DNA of 64,000 bases from an uncultured archaeon (GCA_964486045.1 CAZALK010000001.1:96001-160000), one strand, 5' to 3'; shown: positions 49,001-59,018, counted from the first letter of the stretch. Translations and numbers: made by a program. The notes: generated from the letters alone by a model not told the origin.

Positions 49001-51456
49001 ATCATGATATTGTTATTTGGGCGCGAGGATTAGATAATAAAGAAGGGGTTGCAAATGGAAATTTTTCAGTGTTTTCCACTTCTGAAACTATTTTAACGAT
49101 TCACACAGTAGATAATTATGTATATAACTCAACGGGAAATGTTATTAATTTCAGTATTAGCTCTGATTTCCCCGAATATTATACCATCGAAATTGATAAC
49201 GTTGTTGTTGGTGAGGGTTTCTATATTAATAATGTCCCCATACTCTTTTCGGTTGATGGTTATAACATAGGATTACATACAATAACGATCTGGGCAAATA
49301 GTACCGATAAAAAAATCGTAAACTTAACTGTTGATTTTGATGTATTTAGCCAATCTTTTTTGGAAATTGAAATACAAAATCTCCAAAATTATGAATTTAA
49401 GTCAAAAGAGAATTATATCTTATTTTTTATTAATGCCTCGTTTCCTGATTCATTTAAATTCTATATAAATGGAGAGTTAAATTTTTCTGGAATTTATTTG
49501 TATGGGGGGGAGTTGTTTAACTTCTCTATTGATAGTTATTTTGTGGGCGAACATAATGTATCAATTTGGGCAAATTCTACAGATGGAAAAGAATTCCAAT
49601 ATGTTTCAAGTTTTACTGTATATTCTCTTTCAAATACAATAATTAATATCGCAGAATTACCAGATCATGGATTTCTAACTACGGGTAACTTCGTCAAATT
49701 TAATATTAGTTCCCTTTATCCCAATTATTATATACTATCAATAGACGGACTAGAAGTCAATAGAAGCGACTATGAAAGTAATATCTATTATTATGTTCCG
49801 ATTGATGGGTATGCTATGGGCCTTCATTCTCTTTTGATCTGGGCTATTGGGGAAGATGGGAAAGTCGGGACTGCTTCAGGACAATTTAATGTGTATTCTA
49901 ATTCAACCACAATTATAACTGTAAATCAAATTCCTAGTTATGAGTTTATGACTACGGGGAATATCATCAATTTTTCCATAAACTCTAACTATATTGGGAC
50001 CTATAATGTCTCAATAGATGGAATTCTAATTGATAGTGGTAATTATACTGTAGATGGGATTATAATATGCTCATCAGATGGATTTATTGTAGGCGTTCAT
50101 AATGTTTCAATCTACGCGAAGAGTATCGATGGAAAAGAGACTCAATACCACAGTAATTTTATAGTCTATTCAAATTCAACTATTTTGATAAATGTACATG
50201 GGCTTGGGGGGCTTGAATTTATGTCTACAGGAAATTCCTTAAATTTCTCAATATATTCAGACTTCCCTGATTATTATGAATTGTGGATTAACGGGATTTT
50301 AGTATCGATTGATAATTATTCTAGCGGTAGTTATATCCTATATTCACTTGATAATTACACGAACATAATAGGAAATCATTCCGTCTATATTTGGGCGATT
50401 GGGAAGGATTTTACAGTGGGAAATATCTATGCGGAATTTAGTGTGTATTCAGCCTCATCTACAATAATTTCCATCAATGAATTAGGAGGCTGTAATTTCA
50501 TGTCTACAGGAAATACCTTAAATTTCTCAATATATTCAGACTTCCCTGATTACTATGAATTGTGGGTTAACGGGATTTTAGTATCGACTGGTAATTATTC
50601 TAGCGGAGGTTATATTTTATATTCCCTCGATAATTATACCGATGTATTAGGAAACCATTCTGTTTATATTTGGGCTATTGGTAATGATTTTATTGTGAGT
50701 TCTGTCTATTCAGAATTTAGCGTGTTTTCGGCTTCATCTACAATACTTACCTTAAATGAACTGAAAGACGCCGAATTTTTGTCTCGAGGAAATTATCTCA
50801 ACTTTACAATTTTCTCTACGTATCCTGATTATTATGAGTTGTGGATAAACGGAATTTTAATTTCTACTGATAATTACTCTAGCGGAACTTACATTTTGTA
50901 TTCCCTTGATAATTATACAAGTGTTATAGAAAATCACACAATTTTTATATGGGCGGTTGGATTGGATGGAAAAGTAGGATCCTTGACAGTAGAATTTAAA
51001 GTACTCTCACTATCGAATGATATTTCTATTACAATTATTAAGCTTGATGATTACGAGTATAACTCTACTGGAAATGAATTACAATTTAGTATAAATAGTA
51101 AATATCCTAAATACTTTATAATAACCATTGATAATGTCATGGTAAGCTCTAAAAACTACACAGAAGGAGGATTAAATATTATTTCAATTGATAATTATGG
51201 TCTGGGATTACATAACTTAACGATTTGGGCAATTGGGTTAGATGGAAAAGAAATTGAGGTTGAAACAGTGTTTATAGTTTATTCCGAAATTGAATTAGAC
51301 AGACCAGTAAATAAAACTAAATTTCATCCACCAGTAACAGCCATCGTCCTTAGTAGCATTCTCATAATTATACCTAGTATGTTTATTGGTGTTTCCCATA
51401 GATATAAACAAAAAGTAAAATCAATCCTGCATTTGAAAAAATCCAAATTTCATTAA
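46063..51456 (+). CDS. Large membrane-anchored surface glycoprotein: prenyltransferase/squalene-cyclase-like alpha-barrel repeats + 11 Ig-like repeats
   Basis: Signal peptide; repeated 'TYYA/G..L..L' helices; 11 beta repeats of about 90-94 aa; C-terminal TM + basic tail; many N-x-S/T sequons. Confidence 0.8.
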   Translation: MNLMKKNSKVIIIFLIFVVIVCFSQVTMEGKVENLPNSLNSPSEASFNSLNSVFDEKIDAYNTFGFFPQVYGSSLQATYYGLYILDSIGKLDGLNKSKFTQYIMRHYNSSSNLFIDRFANRYLDTDFSHSYYPLSTVLEINSYAILSLSLLDELNLINISKSIDFLWSCYNPVSSGFIGQPYDPQLEAYFKISTMDNTYFAVTTLDLLMGSWSGYTQQKSELIVYINSLQMSGVMGWKLGGFKNDDASSFNSLTILFEPNLLSSFYSIKTLEVFGMESTINYPNFYNFLGSLYDSANHFFRISQLDFNNNFTNLIATALGLELSDITGFVSFNRTEVLNFLYNNRNSLGMWDASTTIQKHELIDTFQIMRTLQNTNEIIMLNFNDRNQISYNSLSYFSSSNSSFSLLSKDYNTISLLYTIIESFNLYDRISELDIQGLYTTITESYYYDDYYRYDGFISYTNIDTNHIGFRSYPIEFYSAGNKEYFDEIGYLFSHKATFQALRSLNRLFKLDDFGLTHDLSRLVGNIIDTQFLNSSYPDQHGGFLPIMEYDPQWREFLSKNIYLEYSYYAIKALELLSEHLGLGGVNNLTFNKSALNLYIHNKFFEDATTLYFQPDHSTQPETLIENTYYAIYILKQINFSDVDEQKIANFVSTNINYSNIKSVYFAYKLSKLIAPEIYLNYDLIYQLIGAIYDDAIKEYYLTTDKEEIMQEAFLWICDMVVNDLSISTTTINIEYLANSEFLSTGNNINFSIVSKYGGTYWFWVNGVLTSSSTFQSNSENISLSLDSYANMLGNFTVKINATALDGQYAEATSTFSVYSDSSTVVNVENLSNCEFLSIGNNITFSITAKYSGTYWFWVNGILGNSSTFQSYGDNISISLNNYTDTLGNHTIKINATALDGHYGEMISNFNVYSDSSTIVNILSLNNYEYSTTGHNINFSIHSDYPDWYNVSINGFEISSGTYYDDQVFNISIDSYDIGNHDIVIWARGLDNKEGVANGNFSVFSTSETILTIHTVDNYVYNSTGNVINFSISSDFPEYYTIEIDNVVVGEGFYINNVPILFSVDGYNIGLHTITIWANSTDKKIVNLTVDFDVFSQSFLEIEIQNLQNYEFKSKENYILFFINASFPDSFKFYINGELNFSGIYLYGGELFNFSIDSYFVGEHNVSIWANSTDGKEFQYVSSFTVYSLSNTIINIAELPDHGFLTTGNFVKFNISSLYPNYYILSIDGLEVNRSDYESNIYYYVPIDGYAMGLHSLLIWAIGEDGKVGTASGQFNVYSNSTTIITVNQIPSYEFMTTGNIINFSINSNYIGTYNVSIDGILIDSGNYTVDGIIICSSDGFIVGVHNVSIYAKSIDGKETQYHSNFIVYSNSTILINVHGLGGLEFMSTGNSLNFSIYSDFPDYYELWINGILVSIDNYSSGSYILYSLDNYTNIIGNHSVYIWAIGKDFTVGNIYAEFSVYSASSTIISINELGGCNFMSTGNTLNFSIYSDFPDYYELWVNGILVSTGNYSSGGYILYSLDNYTDVLGNHSVYIWAIGNDFIVSSVYSEFSVFSASSTILTLNELKDAEFLSRGNYLNFTIFSTYPDYYELWINGILISTDNYSSGTYILYSLDNYTSVIENHTIFIWAVGLDGKVGSLTVEFKVLSLSNDISITIIKLDDYEYNSTGNELQFSINSKYPKYFIITIDNVMVSSKNYTEGGLNIISIDNYGLGLHNLTIWAIGLDGKEIEVETVFIVYSEIELDRPVNKTKFHPPVTAIVLSSILIIIPSMFIGVSHRYKQKVKSILHLKKSKFH
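50221..50778 (+). repeat. Recent 279-bp intragenic tandem duplication (repeats 8 and 9)
   Basis: 'atgtctacaggaaat.ccttaaatttctcaatatattcagacttccctgatta...' occurs at 50221 and 50500. Confidence 0.85.
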
Positions 51457-51494
51457 GGAAATTAATCGATGAATGTCATAACGGTCATTGTCTT

Positions 51495-51767
51495 TAGTGT
51501 TTAATTTTTTAATTTGAGATATATTTTGAGAATTTGATATTAATTTAATTCCACGGGCTATTTGACCATTGATTATCTGAAGTTACTCACTAATTTTTCT
51601 TATTTGAGTTGAATCACCTAAAATAGTTTTCCTTAATTCGGTAGAACTTCAAATATTATTAAAAATATTGTTTATGTCATGAGCACGGAAATTAAACGAT
51701 TTTGAATACTGATTTCCTTGATTTTTTGCCTTTAACTCCCTTTTTTTTCAGGATCTCTGATATTCAT
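51495..51767 (-). pseudogene. Degenerate 5' fragment of the sensor-less histidine kinase (paralog of 45010-45765)
   Basis: Aligns by eye with about 45495-45765. Has a 1-nt deletion in the A-run and in-frame TGA and TAA. Its ATG overlaps the upstream stop (TAATG). Confidence 0.85.
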
Positions 51768-53269
51768 TATCCCACGAGCATGGAGGGTAATATCTTAGCT
51801 AAGGGAACGGCTAATCCACCGAGGAGAGAACCAATTGAACCAATTTTTTTAAGATAAGTTTTTATATCTTTTGATACTTTCACTGACCGCGTCTTTCCTT
51901 CGATAATTGTCCCATCTTCTGAGAGTAAGAATATCTGGATTGTTTGTTCTCCTGTTGCTCTCGGTTCTAAAGTTAACCACGTTGTATCTCCATTTTCTAG
52001 CATGCTTGATAATACACCTGCAATATCACTCCCTTCAGATGAGATTAAGGGAATGGGTTTATCAGGTATTAAAAAACTTCCCCGACCCTCAACCTCCACC
52101 TCTAGTTTTAATTTTGAAGGTTCAAATCCTGGAGCATTTATTTTAATTATGTATTTTTTAGCATCTGGAAAATTATTATAGAGAAAACAAAAAATGTTTA
52201 ATTCTGAATTCAAAAATACAACTTCCTGAGCAGTAGAATCCATATAAATTGGATCTTTTGATATTCGTTCAATATTATCTGCGAGTTCTAGTTGTAATCT
52301 ATCTATTATATTGAAAAATCCAGGATTAAATTTTTTGATATACGCAAAAAGCTTTCCGATATCATTTTGAGAAAAATGCCATATATTTTCTATTAGCATA
52401 CCCTTTTCAATATCAAAAGTATCTGAATCAACATCGATTACTTCTTTTAGTTCTTGATTGAACTGTTCCTCAGTTAATACATCTTGGAACTTCAAATAAT
52501 ACAGAAATAATATCTTTTCCACGGCAAATGTAATTGGTAGCTCATCAGGTTCATCTTCTTTTATTTTTTGTATAAAATTTGGAGTTAGTATTTTATTTAT
52601 TTCTGTTAAGTATTCATCCCATTTGAGGAAAGTAACTGGATCTAAATGATTTGATAGTATTTCCGCGAAAAAATTATCTAAGAAAATTTGGTGGGTTGTA
52701 GGTTTGTAAAAGTCTTGAAGTCCATTAACATCATGAATATTAAGATTCAAACTTCGGATTAATAATGCTAAACCTAAACCTACTAATGAAAATCCCGCTG
52801 CTGCGAATCCCAAATTAGTTCCCATATCTCCTTCCCCAAATAAAAGCATTACGAGGAATAGTATTAAAGCAACAAGACAAATCACAGAAATAATTTTTAA
52901 TAAGTTCGTAACTCTCTTTACATTGTTCGCCAATAAATCAAACCCGTCAAGACTATCTATTGGTCTACCCCTTTTTCTTTCAAAGTTTAAACGCATTTTC
53001 AGTGATGATTCCGTTGAATTAGCACCTAAGAAGAGCATTATTGAATTGAATAAGTAGATTATTAGAATGGCATAAAAAATTATAATCAAAGTAGGATCAA
53101 GAGCATTGAATAATGTAAGAATTGTAATTGCTACGAGTGCTATAGGAAGTACAAAAAGTAATAACTTCCCCACTTTTGACATGTAACTTATCATATTCCC
53201 TTGAAATTTTTCTTTTTTGAGAATTTGTGATAAATCCTTTTCGAATTCTCTCTCCATCTTTTCTATCAA
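51767..53269 (-). CDS. Hypothetical polytopic membrane protein (4 N-terminal TM, soluble domain, C-terminal hydrophobic tail)
   Basis: Hydrophobicity pattern over a 500-aa ORF. Confidence 0.65.
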   Translation of the reverse strand: MIEKMEREFEKDLSQILKKEKFQGNMISYMSKVGKLLLFVLPIALVAITILTLFNALDPTLIIIFYAILIIYLFNSIMLFLGANSTESSLKMRLNFERKRGRPIDSLDGFDLLANNVKRVTNLLKIISVICLVALILFLVMLLFGEGDMGTNLGFAAAGFSLVGLGLALLIRSLNLNIHDVNGLQDFYKPTTHQIFLDNFFAEILSNHLDPVTFLKWDEYLTEINKILTPNFIQKIKEDEPDELPITFAVEKILFLYYLKFQDVLTEEQFNQELKEVIDVDSDTFDIEKGMLIENIWHFSQNDIGKLFAYIKKFNPGFFNIIDRLQLELADNIERISKDPIYMDSTAQEVVFLNSELNIFCFLYNNFPDAKKYIIKINAPGFEPSKLKLEVEVEGRGSFLIPDKPIPLISSEGSDIAGVLSSMLENGDTTWLTLEPRATGEQTIQIFLLSEDGTIIEGKTRSVKVSKDIKTYLKKIGSIGSLLGGLAVPLAKILPSMLVG

Positions 53270-53454
53270 CTTTTTAATTGGTATATTTTAAATTATGTAA
53301 TTAGAATAATAGAACTAGATATTTATAATATTATTGCAACAAAAAACATGAAAATTAAAAAGTTGCAAAATGAGATTTTAAAATAATACTTTTCAACTGT
53401 GATGTTGAATTAGATAGAAGAAATTTTAAAGTTCATTAAGTAGTATAACACATT

Positions 53455-55806
53455 TTATGCCTCTGGTATCAACACAATAAAATTACTTCCTTTGGAGGAA
53501 TCTCCCTTAACTTTATTCTCAACCCAGATTTCACTATTATAGCTATCTATGATTTTTTTTACTAGGGATAATCCAAGACCCATTCCCTTACTTCTCTTAT
53601 CTTTCCTTATTCCTTTTTCAAAAATACTTTTCTTACGATAATCCGAGATACCTATGCCATTATCTTTAAATTCTACTTTTATGAAATTTCCATTTTCTCT
53701 ACTCTCCATGGAGATGTCAATAAAGATCTCAATTTTTGGATTTTCATTATGCTCTACAGCATTAATAAGTATATTTTCAAAAACATCTAGTAAAAAACTA
53801 TTGGCTTTTCCATTTTTTTTTTTACCATTATTGTTAACTTGTATATCTATTTCTCTTGTTTGGTAATTCATTTTAAGAATCTCAATTGCTTTTTCAAGAT
53901 ATTTGCTAATGTAAATTTTTTCTAATTGAATTTCAGATTCGTCAATTTCGGTTATCTTTCGAATGTTATTAATTAATTTTTGCCCTCTTGTAACCTGTTC
54001 ACTAGTAATTTCGTTTAACTCTTTTACCGTATGTAATTTCTGAGGATTATTTATATAGAGGGAGCTGAGCTCCGCGGAAGAATTAATATTTTGAAGGATG
54101 TTATTCAGATCATGAGCAAAGACATCTCGATAAAGATTAGCCTGATAATAAGCTTTCCGATATTTCTCCTCAGAATCACTTAATTTTTTTGTTCTTTCTT
54201 TAACTCGGAGTTCCAATTCTTCGTTTAATTTTTTTAAGTTTTCCTCTGATTTTTTTAATTTCTGTTCAGAAATTTTTCGCTCAGATATGTCCTCAATCAT
54301 CCCTAAACCATAAAGAACATTTCCATCCTTATCTCTAATTATCGAACTTGTAAGATTACCCCATAAAATTTCATTATTTTTTTTGAAATAACGTTTTTCC
54401 AATGTGAAGAATGATATATCTCCTCTAATTATTTGTTCCAATAGCTCGAGATCATTATAATCATCTTCAGGGTGAGTTATATCTTGAATTTTAAGAGCAG
54501 TAAGCTCTTCTTCTGTATAACCCAACATGGTACATAACATAGTGTTAACCTTTGATAGTGAAAAATCATCTAAATTTATAATCGCCATTCCTAAAGGACC
54601 CTCTTCGAAAATCTTCCGAAATCGTTCTTCAGATTCCTCTAACTTTTTTTCTCCTAGTCGTCTTTCGGTTATATCGTTAACTTGATTTAAATAATATTTA
54701 ACAGATTCTTTATCTTCAGAGTAAATTGGACTAATCATGGCATCAAAATACAAAGAACCAGTTTTCCCAGCTCTCAAGGTTTCTTCAACTTTTTTAAAGT
54801 CGTAAAGAACTTCGAATTTAACAGTTTCACCTTTTAAAATTCTTGTCTTAATATCCCTGGGCATATTTGGATCATCAAGAATATCAAAACCTTTTAGTTG
54901 TTCAACATCTGTTATGTTAATTAAATTGAGACAAGCTTTATTTGCATCAACGAGTTTGCCATCAGAGTCATAAAGAGTTATTGAATTTGGTGACTCCATG
55001 AAAATGCTTTTAAATCTTAATTCTGAATCGAAAAGCTTTTGTTGTACCATAATGCGCTCAGTAACATCATGATTAATTGTAACCATCCCTTTTGGATTAC
55101 CTTCGTCATCCTTGATAATAATTGAGGCTGATAAAATATTAATTAGAGTTCCATTTTTATGGTACTGAATTACTTCACCTTTCCATACCCCTTTTTCAAA
55201 GAATTCTTTTTCCACCTCTTCACGAGTCTCATATATAAACTCTACAGGAATAATCTCGTCGATAGTTTTTCCAATTGCTTCATTCTTCTTATATCCATAT
55301 ATTTCCTCTGCAGTTTTATTCCAACTCGAGATTTTATAATCTAAACCAAGATAAAATATCGCACTTTGAGCGTTTTCGACTAAAAGTTGAGATTCTTCTA
55401 AGGATGTCTGTAATGCTTTTTCTATTTCTTTTTGTTCCGTAACATCATCGAAGATTGCTACGATGTGACCTGAAGGGAGTTTAAAAACGTAATTTTGTAC
55501 CCATATTGTAATTCTTTCATCACTATACATACTTGTAGGATGAGTTTCAGCACTTCCGGTTTTCCAGACTCTTTGAAATACTTCAAATAAGCCAAACTCT
55601 TTAACTCCTGGGAAAACTTCAGTTAACATTTTTCCAATTATGTCGTCTCGTTTAATATTGCTTATTTTCTCACCAGCATTGTTAAATTCCTTGATAACAA
55701 AATCCTCTCCATCATTAAGCACTTCATATATCCCCACACCACTACTCATATTATCAAAAAGCTCTTTGAATAAATTTTCTGACCCAAAAATTGATGCTTC
55801 AGTCAT
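53455..55806 (-). CDS. PAS-domain sensor histidine kinase
   Basis: Four PAS domains; AHDLNNILQ; close paralog of 42826-44778. Confidence 0.92.
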   Translation of the reverse strand: MTEASIFGSENLFKELFDNMSSGVGIYEVLNDGEDFVIKEFNNAGEKISNIKRDDIIGKMLTEVFPGVKEFGLFEVFQRVWKTGSAETHPTSMYSDERITIWVQNYVFKLPSGHIVAIFDDVTEQKEIEKALQTSLEESQLLVENAQSAIFYLGLDYKISSWNKTAEEIYGYKKNEAIGKTIDEIIPVEFIYETREEVEKEFFEKGVWKGEVIQYHKNGTLINILSASIIIKDDEGNPKGMVTINHDVTERIMVQQKLFDSELRFKSIFMESPNSITLYDSDGKLVDANKACLNLINITDVEQLKGFDILDDPNMPRDIKTRILKGETVKFEVLYDFKKVEETLRAGKTGSLYFDAMISPIYSEDKESVKYYLNQVNDITERRLGEKKLEESEERFRKIFEEGPLGMAIINLDDFSLSKVNTMLCTMLGYTEEELTALKIQDITHPEDDYNDLELLEQIIRGDISFFTLEKRYFKKNNEILWGNLTSSIIRDKDGNVLYGLGMIEDISERKISEQKLKKSEENLKKLNEELELRVKERTKKLSDSEEKYRKAYYQANLYRDVFAHDLNNILQNINSSAELSSLYINNPQKLHTVKELNEITSEQVTRGQKLINNIRKITEIDESEIQLEKIYISKYLEKAIEILKMNYQTREIDIQVNNNGKKKNGKANSFLLDVFENILINAVEHNENPKIEIFIDISMESRENGNFIKVEFKDNGIGISDYRKKSIFEKGIRKDKRSKGMGLGLSLVKKIIDSYNSEIWVENKVKGDSSKGSNFIVLIPEA

Positions 55807-56116
55807 GATTTATCATGTTATTTAGCACTTAGATATAATAAATTCGATTTTGTAATGAAGCTAGAACTATCTAATCTTTAACCTCTCATAAAATCACCTA
55901 AATAGTAGGTTAATTGTTTATAAATATTTGGTGTTAAAACCTTAAAAGAGATGATAATATTCACTGCTGTAAATTTTTCAATCAAAGATAAAGATTTAAA
56001 TTTGAGATTGCTGCGAATATTGAGAATTAAATGAAATTAGTGCTAATCCAGAAAAACAAAAGTAAAAATTCACAGTTTAATTCTAACTAATAATACTTGA
56101 ACGAGGCTGTTTTACA

Positions 56117-57142
56117 TTGTTCTTTTCAAATTTTAATTCGGAAATAAATAAAATTGAAGATGTTCATCAAATCAAAATTGATGTTCCATGGTCAGTGAAA
56201 AATGTAAGCGTGTATCTGTTTGACCATAATGGGAGCAAGATTCTTTTTGATTCAGGATTTAAGATGGCAAATTGGAGTAAACTATTTTTCTCAGCCCTCA
56301 GCAATATTGGTATATCAGTACAAGATATTAATTATTGCTTTATATCCCATAATCATACTGATCATGTTGGATTAGCCCCCACATTAAAGAAAAAAAATCC
56401 GAATCTTAAAATTTTAATGCATGATATAACCAATGAAACCCTTAAATGGCAAACTGATGATGAAAAGTTATATGAAATTGAAAAAGAAGCTAGAAAAATC
56501 GCAGATCAAATGATACAGTATGGATTCAACGAAAACCAATCCGAAAGAGCAGTGCAGTTTCTTAGTTATTGGCCCAAATTACGCCAGTACCAAAAACCTG
56601 ATATAATTTTACATGATGGAGATAAAATATTAAACGATTTAGAAATAATTTGGACTCCTGGTCATAGCTTTGGTCATATTTGCTTGTTCAATACAAAAAA
56701 TAAATTCTTATATTGCGGGGATCACATACTGAGCCGAATTACTCCGCATATTGGGAATTATATTATTCCAAAATTTCTCACAGAACAATATAAAGGTTAT
56801 GATTTCAATAATATTCTCCGTCATTATTTGGATTCACTAGACCGTATCGATAATCTTAATCCAAAAATAATATTCCCTGCTCACCAAGATATAATCTATG
56901 AACCTCACAAAAGAATTTCAGAAATCAAAGATCACCATAAAAATAGGTTAACAGAGATATCAAGAGTAATCAAAGACAACCCCCTTACACCGTTAAGAAT
57001 CTCCCAGTTACACTTTGGAGATCTAGATGATACTAATTCATATTTGGCACTTTCTGAAGTGCTTGGTCATTTATTTTTCCTTGAAAATCAAGAATTAGTA
57101 AAATCTGTAGAGAAAAATGGGAAGATATTATATTTTAGTTAG
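56117..57142 (+). CDS. Metallo-beta-lactamase-fold hydrolase with C-terminal wHTH
   Basis: SHNHTDH, TPGHSFGH, GDH and PAH motifs. Confidence 0.9.
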   Translation: MFFSNFNSEINKIEDVHQIKIDVPWSVKNVSVYLFDHNGSKILFDSGFKMANWSKLFFSALSNIGISVQDINYCFISHNHTDHVGLAPTLKKKNPNLKILMHDITNETLKWQTDDEKLYEIEKEARKIADQMIQYGFNENQSERAVQFLSYWPKLRQYQKPDIILHDGDKILNDLEIIWTPGHSFGHICLFNTKNKFLYCGDHILSRITPHIGNYIIPKFLTEQYKGYDFNNILRHYLDSLDRIDNLNPKIIFPAHQDIIYEPHKRISEIKDHHKNRLTEISRVIKDNPLTPLRISQLHFGDLDDTNSYLALSEVLGHLFFLENQELVKSVEKNGKILYFS

Positions 57143-57212
57143 AAATATAGAAATAATTATAATCTGAGGAAATTAATTTATACATCAGAAAAATGTTGTA
57201 AAAAGTGGTATT

Positions 57213-57737
57213 TTAAGAGGACTGGGATGACTCTGTTCTTTCAAAAATTGTAGATATTTTTGTATTATATATTTTATAAGTGAATCCTTCAGGAATTTCC
57301 TCATCCAAAATTTTGATGAGATTTTTGATTCTATCGGCTTCAGGTTTGAATGATTCATCATATTTATGAAAGTAAATTGAGACTTCAAAAGAATAACCTA
57401 CTGATTTAACTACAGTTAGTATTTCTCTTAAAAAAACTACAGAAATAAAGTATACGTTTTCATCTTGAATATCAATAACATAAATAATCTCATCCGTTTG
57501 AGCAATATATTTTTTCATGTTTAGTTTATATTTCTTTCGATACTGTTCTTGCCCGCCAAAATCCCATAATAAAAATTCTGATGTCTCATCTTCAAACTTA
57601 GAGATCTCTATTTCTGTTGTAGGGATTAAAGAAGTAAAGGATGATAAGTTTGTAATCTTCTGCATTGAAAGAGATATAGATGTCTTCCCACTATTTGCTA
57701 AACCTAATATTAAGACCTTCTTCTTTTTTTTCTCCAT
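57213..57737 (-). CDS. Small GTPase, Rag/Gtr- or Arf-like
   Basis: GLANSGKTS, PT, WDFGGQ and HKYD (HKxD-type G4). Confidence 0.85.
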   Translation of the reverse strand: MEKKKKKVLILGLANSGKTSISLSMQKITNLSSFTSLIPTTEIEISKFEDETSEFLLWDFGGQEQYRKKYKLNMKKYIAQTDEIIYVIDIQDENVYFISVVFLREILTVVKSVGYSFEVSIYFHKYDESFKPEADRIKNLIKILDEEIPEGFTYKIYNTKISTIFERTESSQSS

Positions 57738-58082
57738 ACAAGTTAATAGGAAAAAAATTATTATTTAAAATCTTATTATAACATAGATTTAAATATGGAA
57801 TAAAGAAGTCTATAAATAGACGGTTTTCATCTTTGGTCTGAAAAAATACCTTCTTTTTAGATTCTAGTTAACTTTTTATTATTTGTTTCTCTTTGGTCTT
57901 CCATGTATCTTAGTGTTAGACCTAGTTCCCATAATTAGGATACTCCTAAACTCGATTATTTATAAGAATATATGTGATAGTTTTATTAAAAATTGGGATA
58001 TAAAAGTGTAATAAACTGAATTAATATTTTCTCTTTTCAATAAATATCAGTTCTCTAAAAAAAAATATGAAAAATGAACAGT

Positions 58083-59012
58083 TTAACTCTTTATTACTTC
58101 AATCAATTTAGGAAAAATTCTTGTATAGTGCGCTGCCAAACAATGAACTCCCGCTATCAACCCTTTTGACTTTAATTCGGTTATAAAAGGTTTAAAAAGG
58201 TCATAATTCAATTGGTCATAGGTTTTTTTTTGTTCTTTTTTATCAGAAACGCTTGTTTTAACTCGTTTCCATCTCTCGAGAATATCTTTTGGGACATCTA
58301 CTCCAGAACCAAACGTATCAAATTCCTTTGCTATAGAATAACTTTTAATGGGAAAAATTCCTAGAAATAAAGGTATATTGTATTTTTTAAGTTCCCTTAG
58401 AAATTCGATTGCAATATCTATATTGCAGACTACCTGAGTTTGAACAAATTCTGCCCCGGCTTCAACTTTTCTGCTAATTTTCAATATCTCAGCCTCCATA
58501 GGATCTGAATTAGGATTAGCCGAACTTCCTACATGGAGTTTCGGAGGATGTTTAATTTCATGACCATTGATTGAGCCTGTATCCACCATTTCCCGTACAA
58601 GTTTTATTAGTGTAGCAGAGTCTAAATCAAAGACTGGTTTCGTTTCTGGGCAATCACCTAATGCAGTATGATCACCAGTAAGAGAAAGAATATTATGCAG
58701 TCCTAATGCGTGGGCACCCATTATCTGCCCAGCGATACCAATTTTATTGCAATCTCTAGTTGTTAATTGCCACACACATTCTAATCCTGCTTCTCTTTGA
58801 ATTATATGAGCAGCTACCATTGAATTAATTGTAACATTTGCATGAGTACTATCAGTTACATTTGCAGCAACAACATAAGGTGCCATTTCTCTTGCTTCCT
58901 GAATCAAATTTGAAAGATCACACGTTTTTTCTGGTTCAATTCTACCAGTTAATACAAATTCTCCCTTTTTAATCGACTCTCCTAGTTTAGAAAAGACTTT
59001 TTTCTCTGTCAT
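58083..59012 (-). CDS. metF: Methylenetetrahydrofolate reductase
   Basis: NVTD, QLTTRDCN, LSLTGD, VFDLDS and KVEAGAEFVQTQ motifs. Confidence 0.9.
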   Translation of the reverse strand: MTEKKVFSKLGESIKKGEFVLTGRIEPEKTCDLSNLIQEAREMAPYVVAANVTDSTHANVTINSMVAAHIIQREAGLECVWQLTTRDCNKIGIAGQIMGAHALGLHNILSLTGDHTALGDCPETKPVFDLDSATLIKLVREMVDTGSINGHEIKHPPKLHVGSSANPNSDPMEAEILKISRKVEAGAEFVQTQVVCNIDIAIEFLRELKKYNIPLFLGIFPIKSYSIAKEFDTFGSGVDVPKDILERWKRVKTSVSDKKEQKKTYDQLNYDLFKPFITELKSKGLIAGVHCLAAHYTRIFPKLIEVIKS

Positions 59013-59018
59013 CAGCCT

